Shown here piece after piece: positions 17,737-27,091 of a stretch of DNA of 64,000 nucleotides. Origin of the DNA: Gemmatimonadota bacterium (GTDB lineage: Bacteria; Gemmatimonadota; Gemmatimonadetes; Gemmatimonadales; Gemmatimonadaceae); contig JAZJZK010000008.1 of NCBI GenBank assembly GCA_040389905.1, positions 64,001 to 128,000 on the forward strand. Reading direction: 5' to 3'. Both the position numbers and the translations under genes were made by a program. The notes beneath the pieces were generated by a model. It worked only from the letters and a program-made list of their open reading frames with translations, was not told where the DNA came from and did not search any database. Within the stretch, counting starts at the first letter, position 1. Each line of letters opens with the position of its first letter.

Positions 17737-20073
17737 ATGCGACCAGCCGGCCGATTGATGACCTGTACCATCCTGGCTCTGCTCGCGGGTTCGCTGTCCT
17801 GTGCAGACGCAGCACCAAGCGGATCCCAACCGACGGTCGAAAGCGTGACAATTTCTGCCGATGCCACGACGCTTGTGGTAGGGCAGAGCGCCCAGGCGCG
17901 CGCGGTCGCGCGCGATGCCGGGGGGAATTCACTTGTTGACCAGACGATCTCGTGGAAGTCGAGCGATGCGTCGATCGTCTCGGTGTCGTCTGGTGGTATG
18001 CTCACGGGCACGGCTCCAGGCGATGCCGTCATCACGGCGACCGCGGCGTCACGCGCCGCGACCCTGCCGCTGACCGTTCGACCCAAGCCGGTTATCCGCG
18101 TCAGCGTTACGCTCGCGGCGTCCTCGATCACCGTTGGTCAAACGACGACCGCCGTGGCGGCTGCGCTCGACGCTGACAACGCCGTCCTGGGCAACCGGGT
18201 CATTATCTGGGATTCGAGCAACAATGCCATCGCGCGCGTCTCGACCAGCGGTGTCGTCACGGGAGTGTCGACAGGCACCGTCACCATCTCCGCGCTGAGC
18301 GAAGGGGTTCGCGGTAGCGCGACACTCGTGGTGGTCGCACTCCCGGTCGCGACGAGTCTCAGTCTGACGACCGCGGCTCCAGCGTCCGTGGTGGACGGTG
18401 TGCCCTTCACGCAACAGCCGATCGTTCGACTCATGGGCAGCAACGGGAGCCCCGTGAACCTCGCCGGCGTGAACGTGACGGCCGCTATTGCCTCGGGCGG
18501 CGGCACGTTGAACGGAACGACGACGGTGACCACGGACGCCAGTGGTGTCGCGCGCTTCACCGACCTGTCGATCTCCGGTGCCGTGGGCACCCGGACGCTC
18601 GTGTTCACCGCTCCGTCGCTCACGGCGGCGACCACGGGCTCGATCAGCGTCACGCAGAACCCGCTCACTCGCCTGATGGTCGTGACGCAACCATCATACA
18701 CGACGGCGAGCGGCGTTCCGTTTCCGCAGCAGCCGGCGATTCAGTTGCGCGACGAATCAGGCGGCGCACTCAATCAGGCCGGCGTGGTCATTTCGGCGAG
18801 TCTCGCGTCCACGAATGCCGTGCTCGGAGGGACGACGACGGCGACCACCAACAGCAGTGGAATCGCGTCGTTCACGAACCTGAAAATCAGCGGCACCATC
18901 GGCATGCGCGTGTTGAGCTTTTCCGCGCCCAATTTCGGCACGACCAATTCCTCGGTCGTGGGCATCACCGCCGGTGCGGCGGCGAAACTCGCCGTCAGCG
19001 TGCAGCCGTCGAGTGCGGCCGCGAGCGGCGACGCGTTGACCGTGCAACCCGTGGTGGCGCTGACGGATGAGTGGGGAAATCCCGTGTTCCAGGCGGGACT
19101 GCCCGTGACCGTGGCGCTCGCATCGGGTACCGGCACCCTTTCCGGTGCAGCGAGCGCAATGACGAATGCGAGCGGTGCGGCGTTCTTTTCGGGGCTGACG
19201 CTCACGGGAAGCGGCGTACATACGCTGAAGTTCTCATCGGGCGCGCTGACGCTTGCGACTTCAGCAGGCATTGCCCTCGTCTCGCCGATCAAGAATATCA
19301 ACTTCGACGGATACACGAGCACCGCGCAGATGATCGCGGATTGCGTCACGTTTCGGTGTTCGGAGCAGAACCTGACGGACAGTGCAGGCGTGAAGGGCTT
19401 CGTGGCGGGGGAGATCTCGCTCGACCAGTCGACGGGTCCGCCGGGCAACACGAAGTCGATGCGCTATCACTACCTACATCCCGGTGATGGCTGCAACTCG
19501 ATTACGCTCCGCCGCAGCGTCCTGCTCAAGCCCGTCGTGCAAGAGGTGTGGGGGGAGTTCAGGGTCAAGTGGAGCTCGAACTTTACCGTGTCGAACAAGC
19601 TCTGCTCGCCCAACGGCCACAAGTTCATCTTTGGCGACACGGAGTCCGACTTCAACTATCGGTGGGCGTTCTACGTCGGGGCAGATGAACCTGGCCAACA
19701 CGCGCTGCGGGAGGAGCTACCATCGCGGCCCGGTATTCCGGGGGGTAACTACTGGCTAAACCGAAACCCTCGCGGCACGCCCGGCGAGACGCGTCCGGAG
19801 CAGCTCTGGGACGGCAACTGGCATACGATTCGGCTTCACATGCGCGCGTCCTCGACGCCAACGAGCGCGGATGGCCGCTGGCAGATCTGGGTTGATGGTA
19901 AGCTGCTGCACGATGATGGCGGTTTCAGCACGTACCGAAACGACGGTACGAATGCGCCGGATATGATCGAGGGCTTTTCCTTCGCGCATAACAAGGATGA
20001 CGGACCACCGGGCATCGATATGTACGTCTGGTGGGGAACGATCCGAGTATTTACGGGGAATCCTGGATGGTGA
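17737..20073 (+). CDS. Large Ig-like repeat lipoprotein with C-terminal beta-jelly-roll (polysaccharide lyase/lectin-like) domain
   Basis: Start at ATG 17737 with lipobox-like LAGSLSC; two Big_2-like domains; three ~105-aa repeats (QPxVxL...GxTLxG...GxAxFxxLxxxG); C-terminal domain with EVWGEFRVKWS, HKFIF, WDGNWHTIRLHM, DGRWQIWVDG. Confidence 0.75.
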   Translation: MRPAGRLMTCTILALLAGSLSCADAAPSGSQPTVESVTISADATTLVVGQSAQARAVARDAGGNSLVDQTISWKSSDASIVSVSSGGMLTGTAPGDAVITATAASRAATLPLTVRPKPVIRVSVTLAASSITVGQTTTAVAAALDADNAVLGNRVIIWDSSNNAIARVSTSGVVTGVSTGTVTISALSEGVRGSATLVVVALPVATSLSLTTAAPASVVDGVPFTQQPIVRLMGSNGSPVNLAGVNVTAAIASGGGTLNGTTTVTTDASGVARFTDLSISGAVGTRTLVFTAPSLTAATTGSISVTQNPLTRLMVVTQPSYTTASGVPFPQQPAIQLRDESGGALNQAGVVISASLASTNAVLGGTTTATTNSSGIASFTNLKISGTIGMRVLSFSAPNFGTTNSSVVGITAGAAAKLAVSVQPSSAAASGDALTVQPVVALTDEWGNPVFQAGLPVTVALASGTGTLSGAASAMTNASGAAFFSGLTLTGSGVHTLKFSSGALTLATSAGIALVSPIKNINFDGYTSTAQMIADCVTFRCSEQNLTDSAGVKGFVAGEISLDQSTGPPGNTKSMRYHYLHPGDGCNSITLRRSVLLKPVVQEVWGEFRVKWSSNFTVSNKLCSPNGHKFIFGDTESDFNYRWAFYVGADEPGQHALREELPSRPGIPGGNYWLNRNPRGTPGETRPEQLWDGNWHTIRLHMRASSTPTSADGRWQIWVDGKLLHDDGGFSTYRNDGTNAPDMIEGFSFAHNKDDGPPGIDMYVWWGTIRVFTGNPGW

Positions 20074-21257
20074 GATCAGCAGCGGACGACGCAGCCCGCT
20101 TGGTATCCAGGAGCAAGGAGGGTAAGCAGCCAAACCTGCTTTTGATCTTTCCAGGGCCGGTCCACGATATCGCGGACCACTTCAAGGACCGACTCGAGCG
20201 GCTCTCTGCGCATTACGGCGGAGTTCTGCTCGTATCCGCGAACGACGATCAACGGTTGACGCTTGGCAACTTCGATGTGATCGCTGTTCGCGAACGCAAG
20301 ACCGAGAAGCTCGGGTCGTTTCTCGTGCTGCTTGCACGCGCTCGTGCAGCTGCGCACGAGCGTGCCCTTCGCGGTGAAGGCTTCGACGCCGTGGTCTCCT
20401 ACGACCCCCTTCGCAGTGGGCTCATCGGGTGGCTCGTTGCGCGCGAATACGGTGTGCCGTTGATGACCGAGATCAACGGCGACTACGCAGCCGCAGAGAA
20501 CTACGCCGATATCCCCAACGCCCTCATGCGGCGCGTCAAGCAGACAATCTTCGTGCAATTGGCACGATTCGTCCTGCGGCGCGCGAAGGGAATCAAGCTG
20601 CTCAACGACAGCCAGATCACACCATTCCGAACCGTCCTGCGTGATCCTGTCATCCGAACATTCCCCAACTACGTCGACCTGGTCCCGTACAAGAACCTCG
20701 GTGATTCGCCGGAAGTCCTGTTCATCGGCCACCCATTCCACCGGAAGGGCGTCGACATCCTGATCCGGGCGTTCAAGCTCGTGAGTGATGACTATCCCGA
20801 TTGGCGACTCACGATCATCGGATGGTTTCCTGATCCAACGTTGCTCAGCGCCGCGATTGCCGGGCATCCGCGAATCGAGGCGCGCCCCCCGGTGTTCCAC
20901 CGCGATATCCCCATGTATCTCGGACGCTGCGGGATCTTCGTCCTGCCGTCTCGGTCAGAGGCGATGGGTCGCGTGCTCATCGAGGCCATGGCGTGTGGCA
21001 AAGCACGCATTGGCTCGAACGTAGGCGGAATACCGACGGTGATCGATCACGCGGTGGACGGTCTTCTGGTTCGTCCTGGCGATGTCGAGGACCTCGCCGG
21101 TGCGCTTCGGTGTCTGATGCACGACGAAGCGCTCCGGCTGCGGCTTGGCCGCAACGGCGAGTTGCGGGCCCGCGAGCGGCTTTCACCCGCAGTCTATTTC
21201 GATCGGGTTCGGGACCTGTATGACACGGTGCTCGAGCGGTCGCGGGTGGCGCACTAA
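20067..21257 (+). CDS. Glycosyltransferase family 4
   Basis: KGVDILIRAF, FVLPSRSEAMGRVLIEAMACG, GSNVGGIP; probable ATG at 20067 overlaps the upstream stop. Confidence 0.9.
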   Translation: MVRSAADDAARLVSRSKEGKQPNLLLIFPGPVHDIADHFKDRLERLSAHYGGVLLVSANDDQRLTLGNFDVIAVRERKTEKLGSFLVLLARARAAAHERALRGEGFDAVVSYDPLRSGLIGWLVAREYGVPLMTEINGDYAAAENYADIPNALMRRVKQTIFVQLARFVLRRAKGIKLLNDSQITPFRTVLRDPVIRTFPNYVDLVPYKNLGDSPEVLFIGHPFHRKGVDILIRAFKLVSDDYPDWRLTIIGWFPDPTLLSAAIAGHPRIEARPPVFHRDIPMYLGRCGIFVLPSRSEAMGRVLIEAMACGKARIGSNVGGIPTVIDHAVDGLLVRPGDVEDLAGALRCLMHDEALRLRLGRNGELRARERLSPAVYFDRVRDLYDTVLERSRVAH

Positions 21258-21265
21258 CGCGGCAT

Positions 21266-23083
21266 CTATCCTCGAGTCGAAACCGGCGCAGCAGGGATGT
21301 CCAGCTCGAAGTGCGCGACGAGCTCATTCATCGAGGCCAGCGTCCAGACCGCCTCCAGGTGCTGCGTGGAGTCGAGCGCGCCGATAATCGACTCACCGAG
21401 CAGGGCGTCCATCGGATTCGAACCAGACTGCATCGCCGTCACTCTGGCGGCCAGTTCGTTCTGCACCCAGCGCTCCGTCGGCGTGGGAAAGCCGAGTTTG
21501 GGTGCGTAGACGAGGTCTTCAGGGAAGAAGCGACCCGCCAGCGTCTTGAGCACGGGCTTCGCGCCGCGCTCATCCGACTTGTGCTCGGAGGGAAGTTCGA
21601 GGCCCAACTCGAACAACTCCGTCGAGAGAAATGGTGTCAGGACATCGATTCCTCGGGGCGCGAAGAGACGATCCACGCACTCCATGTGACACACGACGTC
21701 CGTTGCCAGAGCAAACGCCTGGTATCGCTCGGAGATTGCTATCTCGTCGCGGAGGAAAAAGTCTTTGACCACCGCGTTCGGCTCATCATCTACGCCCAAG
21801 TCGCGCAACCGGTCGACGAGGAAATCCGGTAAGGAAAGCTCACCCATCTTGCGGATCAACTCCGACGGCTCGACATCCACGAGTCGGCGAAGATTTCGTA
21901 CCCGTTCGGTCTGGGGGAGAAGCGCGGTGACGCTGTTCACCGCTCCGCTGACGCGCCGCAACCGGCTCCACTTTCGCTCGAAGCGCTGGACGTACAGACT
22001 ACCGAATGGCCCGAACATCGTGTCTGCCGCCTCGCCGTAGACGACCGCATCGAACCCTGAAAGTTCGGGAAGCAACGCGGCGAGGGTGAGCGCATGAAAA
22101 TTCCGCGACGGTTGCTCCAGTCGGGAAAGGACATACGGAAAAAGGGTACTCACCATCGCCTGATCCAATTCAATGACGCGATGCTCCAGCCCGATCAACC
22201 GTGCAAAGGCACGAGCGCGCGGGAGTTCGGGATCGTCAAAATCGCGCCACGTCGGCGTGACCAGCACAGCGTCCTTGGCGTACTGCGACACATAGTGGCC
22301 AATCAGCGACGAGTCCGTGCCGCCGCTGAGGAGCACGGCCGTCCTCGCCCGAGGGCCAATCATGCGGCGACAATAGGCGTGGAGCGCTTCGTCCGCCCGG
22401 TCCGCCCAGTCGGAAAGCGAGGCGGCGGGCGCCGCCGGATGGAATTCAGGGCGCCAATAGCGGCGCGGTCGTGGCCGGGCATCGGACGCCGTAAGGACCG
22501 TGTAGCTGGCGGTCAACACCTGCTCGATACCCTCGAAGAGCGTGCGATCGCCAACGATCCACCGGTAGTGCATCGATTCGCCAAAACCCGCCAGGTCGAG
22601 CTTCCGGAGTGCAACGAGCGGCAAGAGTGACCTGCACTCCGACGCCCAGGCCCAGCCGTCCCGCGTTTGCGCCACAAACAGCGGACGACTCCCGAACTTG
22701 TCACGCACGAGATAGATGCGTTGCGCTGCGTGGTCGATCAGGGTCAGGGAAAAGGCGCCCTCGAGCCGCGCGAACAACGCCTCGCCCTCGTGCGCAAACA
22801 GGAGGGAAAGTGCCTGCGCGACTGGCATCGCATCGATCGCTACGCGTGACTGCTCCGCGATCGCCGCGATATTTTCCACGCGACCGTCCAGGTATACGCT
22901 GACCGAAGTCGTCTCCGCAAACTGCTGCTCCGCCGCGCCGCGAAACGCCACGCGCACGCCGGGGGCCACGTACTCGCGTTCGGGCGCCGCGGAACGCTCG
23001 CGAAGCAAATCACGCGACTCGTCCCACCGGTCCGGAACAATGGCCTCCGGGAGTGCGGCGAGGAATCCGACAATTGCGGCCAT
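21266..23083 (-). CDS. Asparagine synthetase-like amide ligase with degenerate glutaminase domain
   Basis: RDKFGSRPLF, PP-loop LLSGGTDSS, GEAADTMFG and KLGFPTP are present; the N-terminus MAAIVGF has no Cys nucleophile. Confidence 0.85.
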   Translation of the reverse strand: MAAIVGFLAALPEAIVPDRWDESRDLLRERSAAPEREYVAPGVRVAFRGAAEQQFAETTSVSVYLDGRVENIAAIAEQSRVAIDAMPVAQALSLLFAHEGEALFARLEGAFSLTLIDHAAQRIYLVRDKFGSRPLFVAQTRDGWAWASECRSLLPLVALRKLDLAGFGESMHYRWIVGDRTLFEGIEQVLTASYTVLTASDARPRPRRYWRPEFHPAAPAASLSDWADRADEALHAYCRRMIGPRARTAVLLSGGTDSSLIGHYVSQYAKDAVLVTPTWRDFDDPELPRARAFARLIGLEHRVIELDQAMVSTLFPYVLSRLEQPSRNFHALTLAALLPELSGFDAVVYGEAADTMFGPFGSLYVQRFERKWSRLRRVSGAVNSVTALLPQTERVRNLRRLVDVEPSELIRKMGELSLPDFLVDRLRDLGVDDEPNAVVKDFFLRDEIAISERYQAFALATDVVCHMECVDRLFAPRGIDVLTPFLSTELFELGLELPSEHKSDERGAKPVLKTLAGRFFPEDLVYAPKLGFPTPTERWVQNELAARVTAMQSGSNPMDALLGESIIGALDSTQHLEAVWTLASMNELVAHFELDIPAAPVSTRG

Positions 23084-23101
23084 TGCCTTGGAGCGGGAGG
23101 A

Positions 23102-24349
23102 TCAGGAGGGCGGGCGTGCGTGCTTTCTCAGGCCAAGCAAATTGGCTACGACGTTGCGCACATGCAGTGCGAGGCGCAACAGTACGAAAAACGCGGGCAG
23201 GGGATCGTTCCAGGCAAATAGGGCCGCGCCACGGATCCGCACGAGGGATCGCAACCACTCGGCGACGGTCAACTCACCGGCCTGATAGTATGATAGCGCC
23301 GCGATGAGGTCCCGGTACTCGTCGATCCAACGTACCCCGTACCGCACCTCTGCCGATGACGCTACGGGCTCGTCGCCCATGAGGTCATGGTACCATAACG
23401 CGGGAAGGTTGAGACCGGCGATCATTCCGAGGTAGTGCGGGTACCACGTGCGCCCGATGGTCGCTTCGAGCACCCGAAATGACCCATCGCGCGGGTCACG
23501 TTTGAACTCCACACTCGCATAACCCCGGTATCCGTGAGGAGCGAGGAGCCGATGCGTGTATTCGATCGTCTCCGGCGCGACCGCCGTTTCGGCGAGCGTC
23601 GATGTGCCGAAGTGAATCGGCGCCTGTCGGATCTTATGTCCGCTCCAGGCGCCGAGGACGGCGCCGGCGGCGCCATAGTACACATGGCTGAAGAACAGCT
23701 CCGAGTCCGGACCAGGGATGATCTCCTGCGCGACCAGCGCTGCCCCCGCTCGCTGTGCATCGGCATGCGTGCTGTCGAACTCCTCGAGATCTCGCGCGAC
23801 GAGCCCTTTCCTCGGGGCGAACAGGGTGTCCCAGCGATCGTCGCGCAGCTCCGGCTTCACGATACACGGGAAGCGCACCTCGCGGCGTGCGAGCGCGAGT
23901 TGCTCGGGTGTCTGCAGTGGAAACGTAGCTGGCACCGGCACACCAACACTCGCCGCAAAGTCGTGGAATCCCGTCTTCTCGATCATCAACCGGATGACAT
24001 CGTCGGCCGGCAGATGGAACCGGTACCACGTGCGAAGCAGCTGCTCATGTGTCGCCAGAAACAACACGTCTGCGTCGCCACTGGGCAGGATGGGAGCGGG
24101 GCCAGGCAGCGTTGGACCAAGCTCGACGAGGGCGGCGAGCAGCGCGTCATCGGTAGCGCCGGTTGGAAGGATGATCTTCCGGCAGAGACGTGTGCGGAGG
24201 CTCATCCAGGTGTGCGCCTCCTCGGGGCCACTCGGCTGCCTCTCGATGGCGATAACCGGGATCCCTGCAGCTGCCAGCGACCGCACCGTTCCGAGCGCGT
24301 TGGGATTCAAGCCGAGCACGATCGCCGGCACTGGCGATCGCATCGTCAC
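23102..24349 (-). CDS. ATP-grasp carboxylate-amine ligase (D-aspartate ligase-like)
   Basis: NALGTVRSL, FPCIVKP, VAQEIIPG, HKIRQAPIHFG, GYASVEFKRDPRDG, DPLP. Confidence 0.85.
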   Translation of the reverse strand: MTMRSPVPAIVLGLNPNALGTVRSLAAAGIPVIAIERQPSGPEEAHTWMSLRTRLCRKIILPTGATDDALLAALVELGPTLPGPAPILPSGDADVLFLATHEQLLRTWYRFHLPADDVIRLMIEKTGFHDFAASVGVPVPATFPLQTPEQLALARREVRFPCIVKPELRDDRWDTLFAPRKGLVARDLEEFDSTHADAQRAGAALVAQEIIPGPDSELFFSHVYYGAAGAVLGAWSGHKIRQAPIHFGTSTLAETAVAPETIEYTHRLLAPHGYRGYASVEFKRDPRDGSFRVLEATIGRTWYPHYLGMIAGLNLPALWYHDLMGDEPVASSAEVRYGVRWIDEYRDLIAALSYYQAGELTVAEWLRSLVRIRGAALFAWNDPLPAFFVLLRLALHVRNVVANLLGLRKHARPPS

Positions 24350-25407
24350 CGCCAGTTCCAGTTGCGAACGTAGTCCTTGGCGCGTTCGATACCGGACGCA
24401 ATCTGCACGAGGTCCTCGTGCCGATCGGGGAACGGATACCGCCGAACGCGGTAGCGCGACACTGAATCAACGACGGAAAAATCGCGTGCCTCGGCGTACC
24501 CTGCGGTGGCCGTGAATGCTGCCGTGAATCCCTCGCGTTTCAGGATATCCATTTCGCGCGCGGTGAAGTCGACCTCACGGCCATTCGGATAGCAGAAAAT
24601 CGGCACGGCAGCCGTCGTCTCGTCCTTCAGCCGTCTCCACGATTCCCGAATCTCCATGGCGGACTGCGCATCGGACACGCGCGAAAGGATGGGATGCGTA
24701 ACCGTGTGCGGGCCGAATGTGATGCCCTTCTGCGCCAAGGACCGCACATTATCCCAACTCAGTGGAGCATAGGACGGTGGCGCACCGTGGGGCACTTCGA
24801 CCGAGGATTGCGAAGTGATCTGCTCCAGGGCCGCCAGGCGATCCTCTTCCAGCAAGAGCTTGAGGTGCTCGACGATGTTGCCGCGCACCCGCACGCGTGA
24901 TTCCTCGTCCGCCCAGGTGAGCGTCATGGAGAGCTGGGCGATCGTGAGATCGCAGCGGCGACGCGTGTTGTGCTTCAGCGCAAAGTCGATGCGATCCCAC
25001 CAGAACCACATCGTGCGATCGATGAATCCCGTGGTCAGGAAAACAGTCGCGGGAACGTCGAACTCCGCGAGAATCGGTTGACCGAACCGTGCAAAGCCGG
25101 CATAACCATCGTCGACCGTGATGGCCACCGCACGGCCGATTTCGTCGGGACTTTCGGTCAATTCGCGGACGAGATCGGCGAGCGAGAGAAACCGGAAGCC
25201 ATGCTCCCGAAGCCAACCGAGATGACGACGGACCAGCTCCTGGGAATGTCCCACGACGCCGAGCGCCCGATCCTCGAAGCGGTGCAGCATGAAGACCGGA
25301 ACCGCGCCCTTCATGAAATAGCGAAAGAGCCACGGCACCGGGCCGTTGGTCACAACCGCGCGTGCGCGGTGCTTGAGTCGGGACGCGATCGCTCGGCTGT
25401 TACGCAT
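24346..25407 (-). CDS. Polysaccharide deacetylase (CE4)
   Basis: FMLHRF, AITVDDGY, ATVFLTTG, FGPHTVTHPIL, FCYPNG. Confidence 0.9.
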   Translation of the reverse strand: MRNSRAIASRLKHRARAVVTNGPVPWLFRYFMKGAVPVFMLHRFEDRALGVVGHSQELVRRHLGWLREHGFRFLSLADLVRELTESPDEIGRAVAITVDDGYAGFARFGQPILAEFDVPATVFLTTGFIDRTMWFWWDRIDFALKHNTRRRCDLTIAQLSMTLTWADEESRVRVRGNIVEHLKLLLEEDRLAALEQITSQSSVEVPHGAPPSYAPLSWDNVRSLAQKGITFGPHTVTHPILSRVSDAQSAMEIRESWRRLKDETTAAVPIFCYPNGREVDFTAREMDILKREGFTAAFTATAGYAEARDFSVVDSVSRYRVRRYPFPDRHEDLVQIASGIERAKDYVRNWNWR

Positions 25408-26935
25408 TCGCGGCGGCCCTCGCGCGAGTCCCGGGCATGCTGCCGCGAACTACCTGAACCATCGATCGCACCTCGGAACGATGGAGGAGGAAGAGCGCAG
25501 CGGCGTACGCGATCATGCCGGCGAGCACTTCCACGACGAGTCGAACAAAGCCACGCGTGGCCGGATCGAGCTCCATCTGCACGAGGAGCACCACCGGTAC
25601 CATTACCAGGGTGCTGCTCATTGCAGGCCAGAGCGCACTCGCATATTCCCCGACACGCATCTCGATGCGGCGGAAGACAGCAAAGAACAGGGGCAAGGTG
25701 AGCAGTGGATAGACAATGATCCATGCCGTCGCAACGCCCGGTGTACCCCAATGCGTTCCGATGAGAAATGCGACGGGCAACACAATGGCGCACATGATCT
25801 GATTCCGCATCACGGAGCGCACGAGTCCAACTGCTGTACCTGCTTGAACGATGGTCGGAACCAGGGCGCGAAACGCGGCAAAGAATGCGAGAATCTGGAG
25901 AGGCCGAGTGGCATTGAGCCACTTGTGCCCTAGCACCACGGGCACAAAGTCTCCCGCCACCAGAGCAAGCCCGACACCTGCTGGAAACGACAGAAGCGCC
26001 ACGCCGCCGGCGAGTCGCGAAAGATAGCGGCGCAGGGACGGAAAATCGTCTTGAACGGCGCTGAAGATCGGTGGGGCGACCTTCCCAACGAGCGACGTCA
26101 CCTTCTCTACAGGGACGCTGGCGAACGACCAGCCCCAACTGTAGCTCCCCACCGCGCCCTGGCCGAGGACGCGGCCGATGACGAAAAAATCGGCGTACGT
26201 GTACAGATACCAACCGATCCGCGATCCCATCTGGTGGCTGCCGAACACAACGGCCTCCCGGATGTCGGGCATCCTCGGCCACGCCATTCTGTGCGGCCGT
26301 TGCACGCAGGCCAGTGCTGAGGTTGTCAGGTTCGCGAGGAGAAAGCCAGCCACCAACGCCCAGTGCCGAAAGCCGAGATAGGCGAGCAGGACGAGTCCCA
26401 CAGTTTGAACGATCGCACCAAGGCCTTCGTTGATCGCGGATCGCCGGAACTCGAAATCCCTGGCGAGCAACGCCATCGGGACGGACCGAAAGCTCGTGAT
26501 GAAGAAGTTCACGCTGAGCGCCATCACGATCAGTTGAACGGCCGGTGTTCGGTTGAACAGTGCCAGTGGATACGCGAGCGCGGCGCTGAGCGCAAACGCC
26601 GCACACCCGAAGAGCATCGACAGGCCGTAGATCTGCGCGATCTGGTCTTCCGAAAGTGAGCGCTTGTTGACGATGGCAGTGCCGAGCCCGAATTCATTGA
26701 CGATCTGCACGAAGGCGACGTACACGGAGCCCATTGCCACGAGTCCATAGTCGTCGGGCGAGAGGATGCGTGCGACGATCACCGTGGCGGGCCAGGTCAT
26801 CAACTGGCTGAGCCATTTCACGCCAGCCGTCCACGCAACGCCGCGGACGAGGGAATCGTCGAGGCGCTTCGCTGCGACTTCCAGTTCCGGCTCTCCGCTC
26901 GCCGAATCCGGCAGGTTCGTGACTGGGCCGGTCAC
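25400..26935 (-). CDS. wzx: Wzx flippase (WzxC-like)
   Basis: Many TM segments; ARILSPDDYGL, EFGLGTAIV, ADFFVIGRVLG. Confidence 0.88.
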   Translation of the reverse strand: MTGPVTNLPDSASGEPELEVAAKRLDDSLVRGVAWTAGVKWLSQLMTWPATVIVARILSPDDYGLVAMGSVYVAFVQIVNEFGLGTAIVNKRSLSEDQIAQIYGLSMLFGCAAFALSAALAYPLALFNRTPAVQLIVMALSVNFFITSFRSVPMALLARDFEFRRSAINEGLGAIVQTVGLVLLAYLGFRHWALVAGFLLANLTTSALACVQRPHRMAWPRMPDIREAVVFGSHQMGSRIGWYLYTYADFFVIGRVLGQGAVGSYSWGWSFASVPVEKVTSLVGKVAPPIFSAVQDDFPSLRRYLSRLAGGVALLSFPAGVGLALVAGDFVPVVLGHKWLNATRPLQILAFFAAFRALVPTIVQAGTAVGLVRSVMRNQIMCAIVLPVAFLIGTHWGTPGVATAWIIVYPLLTLPLFFAVFRRIEMRVGEYASALWPAMSSTLVMVPVVLLVQMELDPATRGFVRLVVEVLAGMIAYAAALFLLHRSEVRSMVQVVRGSMPGTRARAAANA

Positions 26936-27091
26936 GTCCGATTCGCCACGCGAATGTGCTCCGCGCCAGAACCACCGCCGTGGCCGGATTTGCCCGAGCC
27001 TGAGCGGACCTCTATTCTTGCCGCCGAGGACCGGGCAGTCGCGGCCTCGATCACCTGCAGCGACTGCGAACTGTGCTCCTCGTTTCGCATC

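Noticed and set aside
21266..24349. Lasso peptide or graspetide RiPP cluster (Cys-less AsnB-like + ATP-grasp)
   Set aside because: No precursor peptide, PqqD/RRE or transglutaminase-like peptidase seen nearby; the context is polysaccharide biosynthesis.
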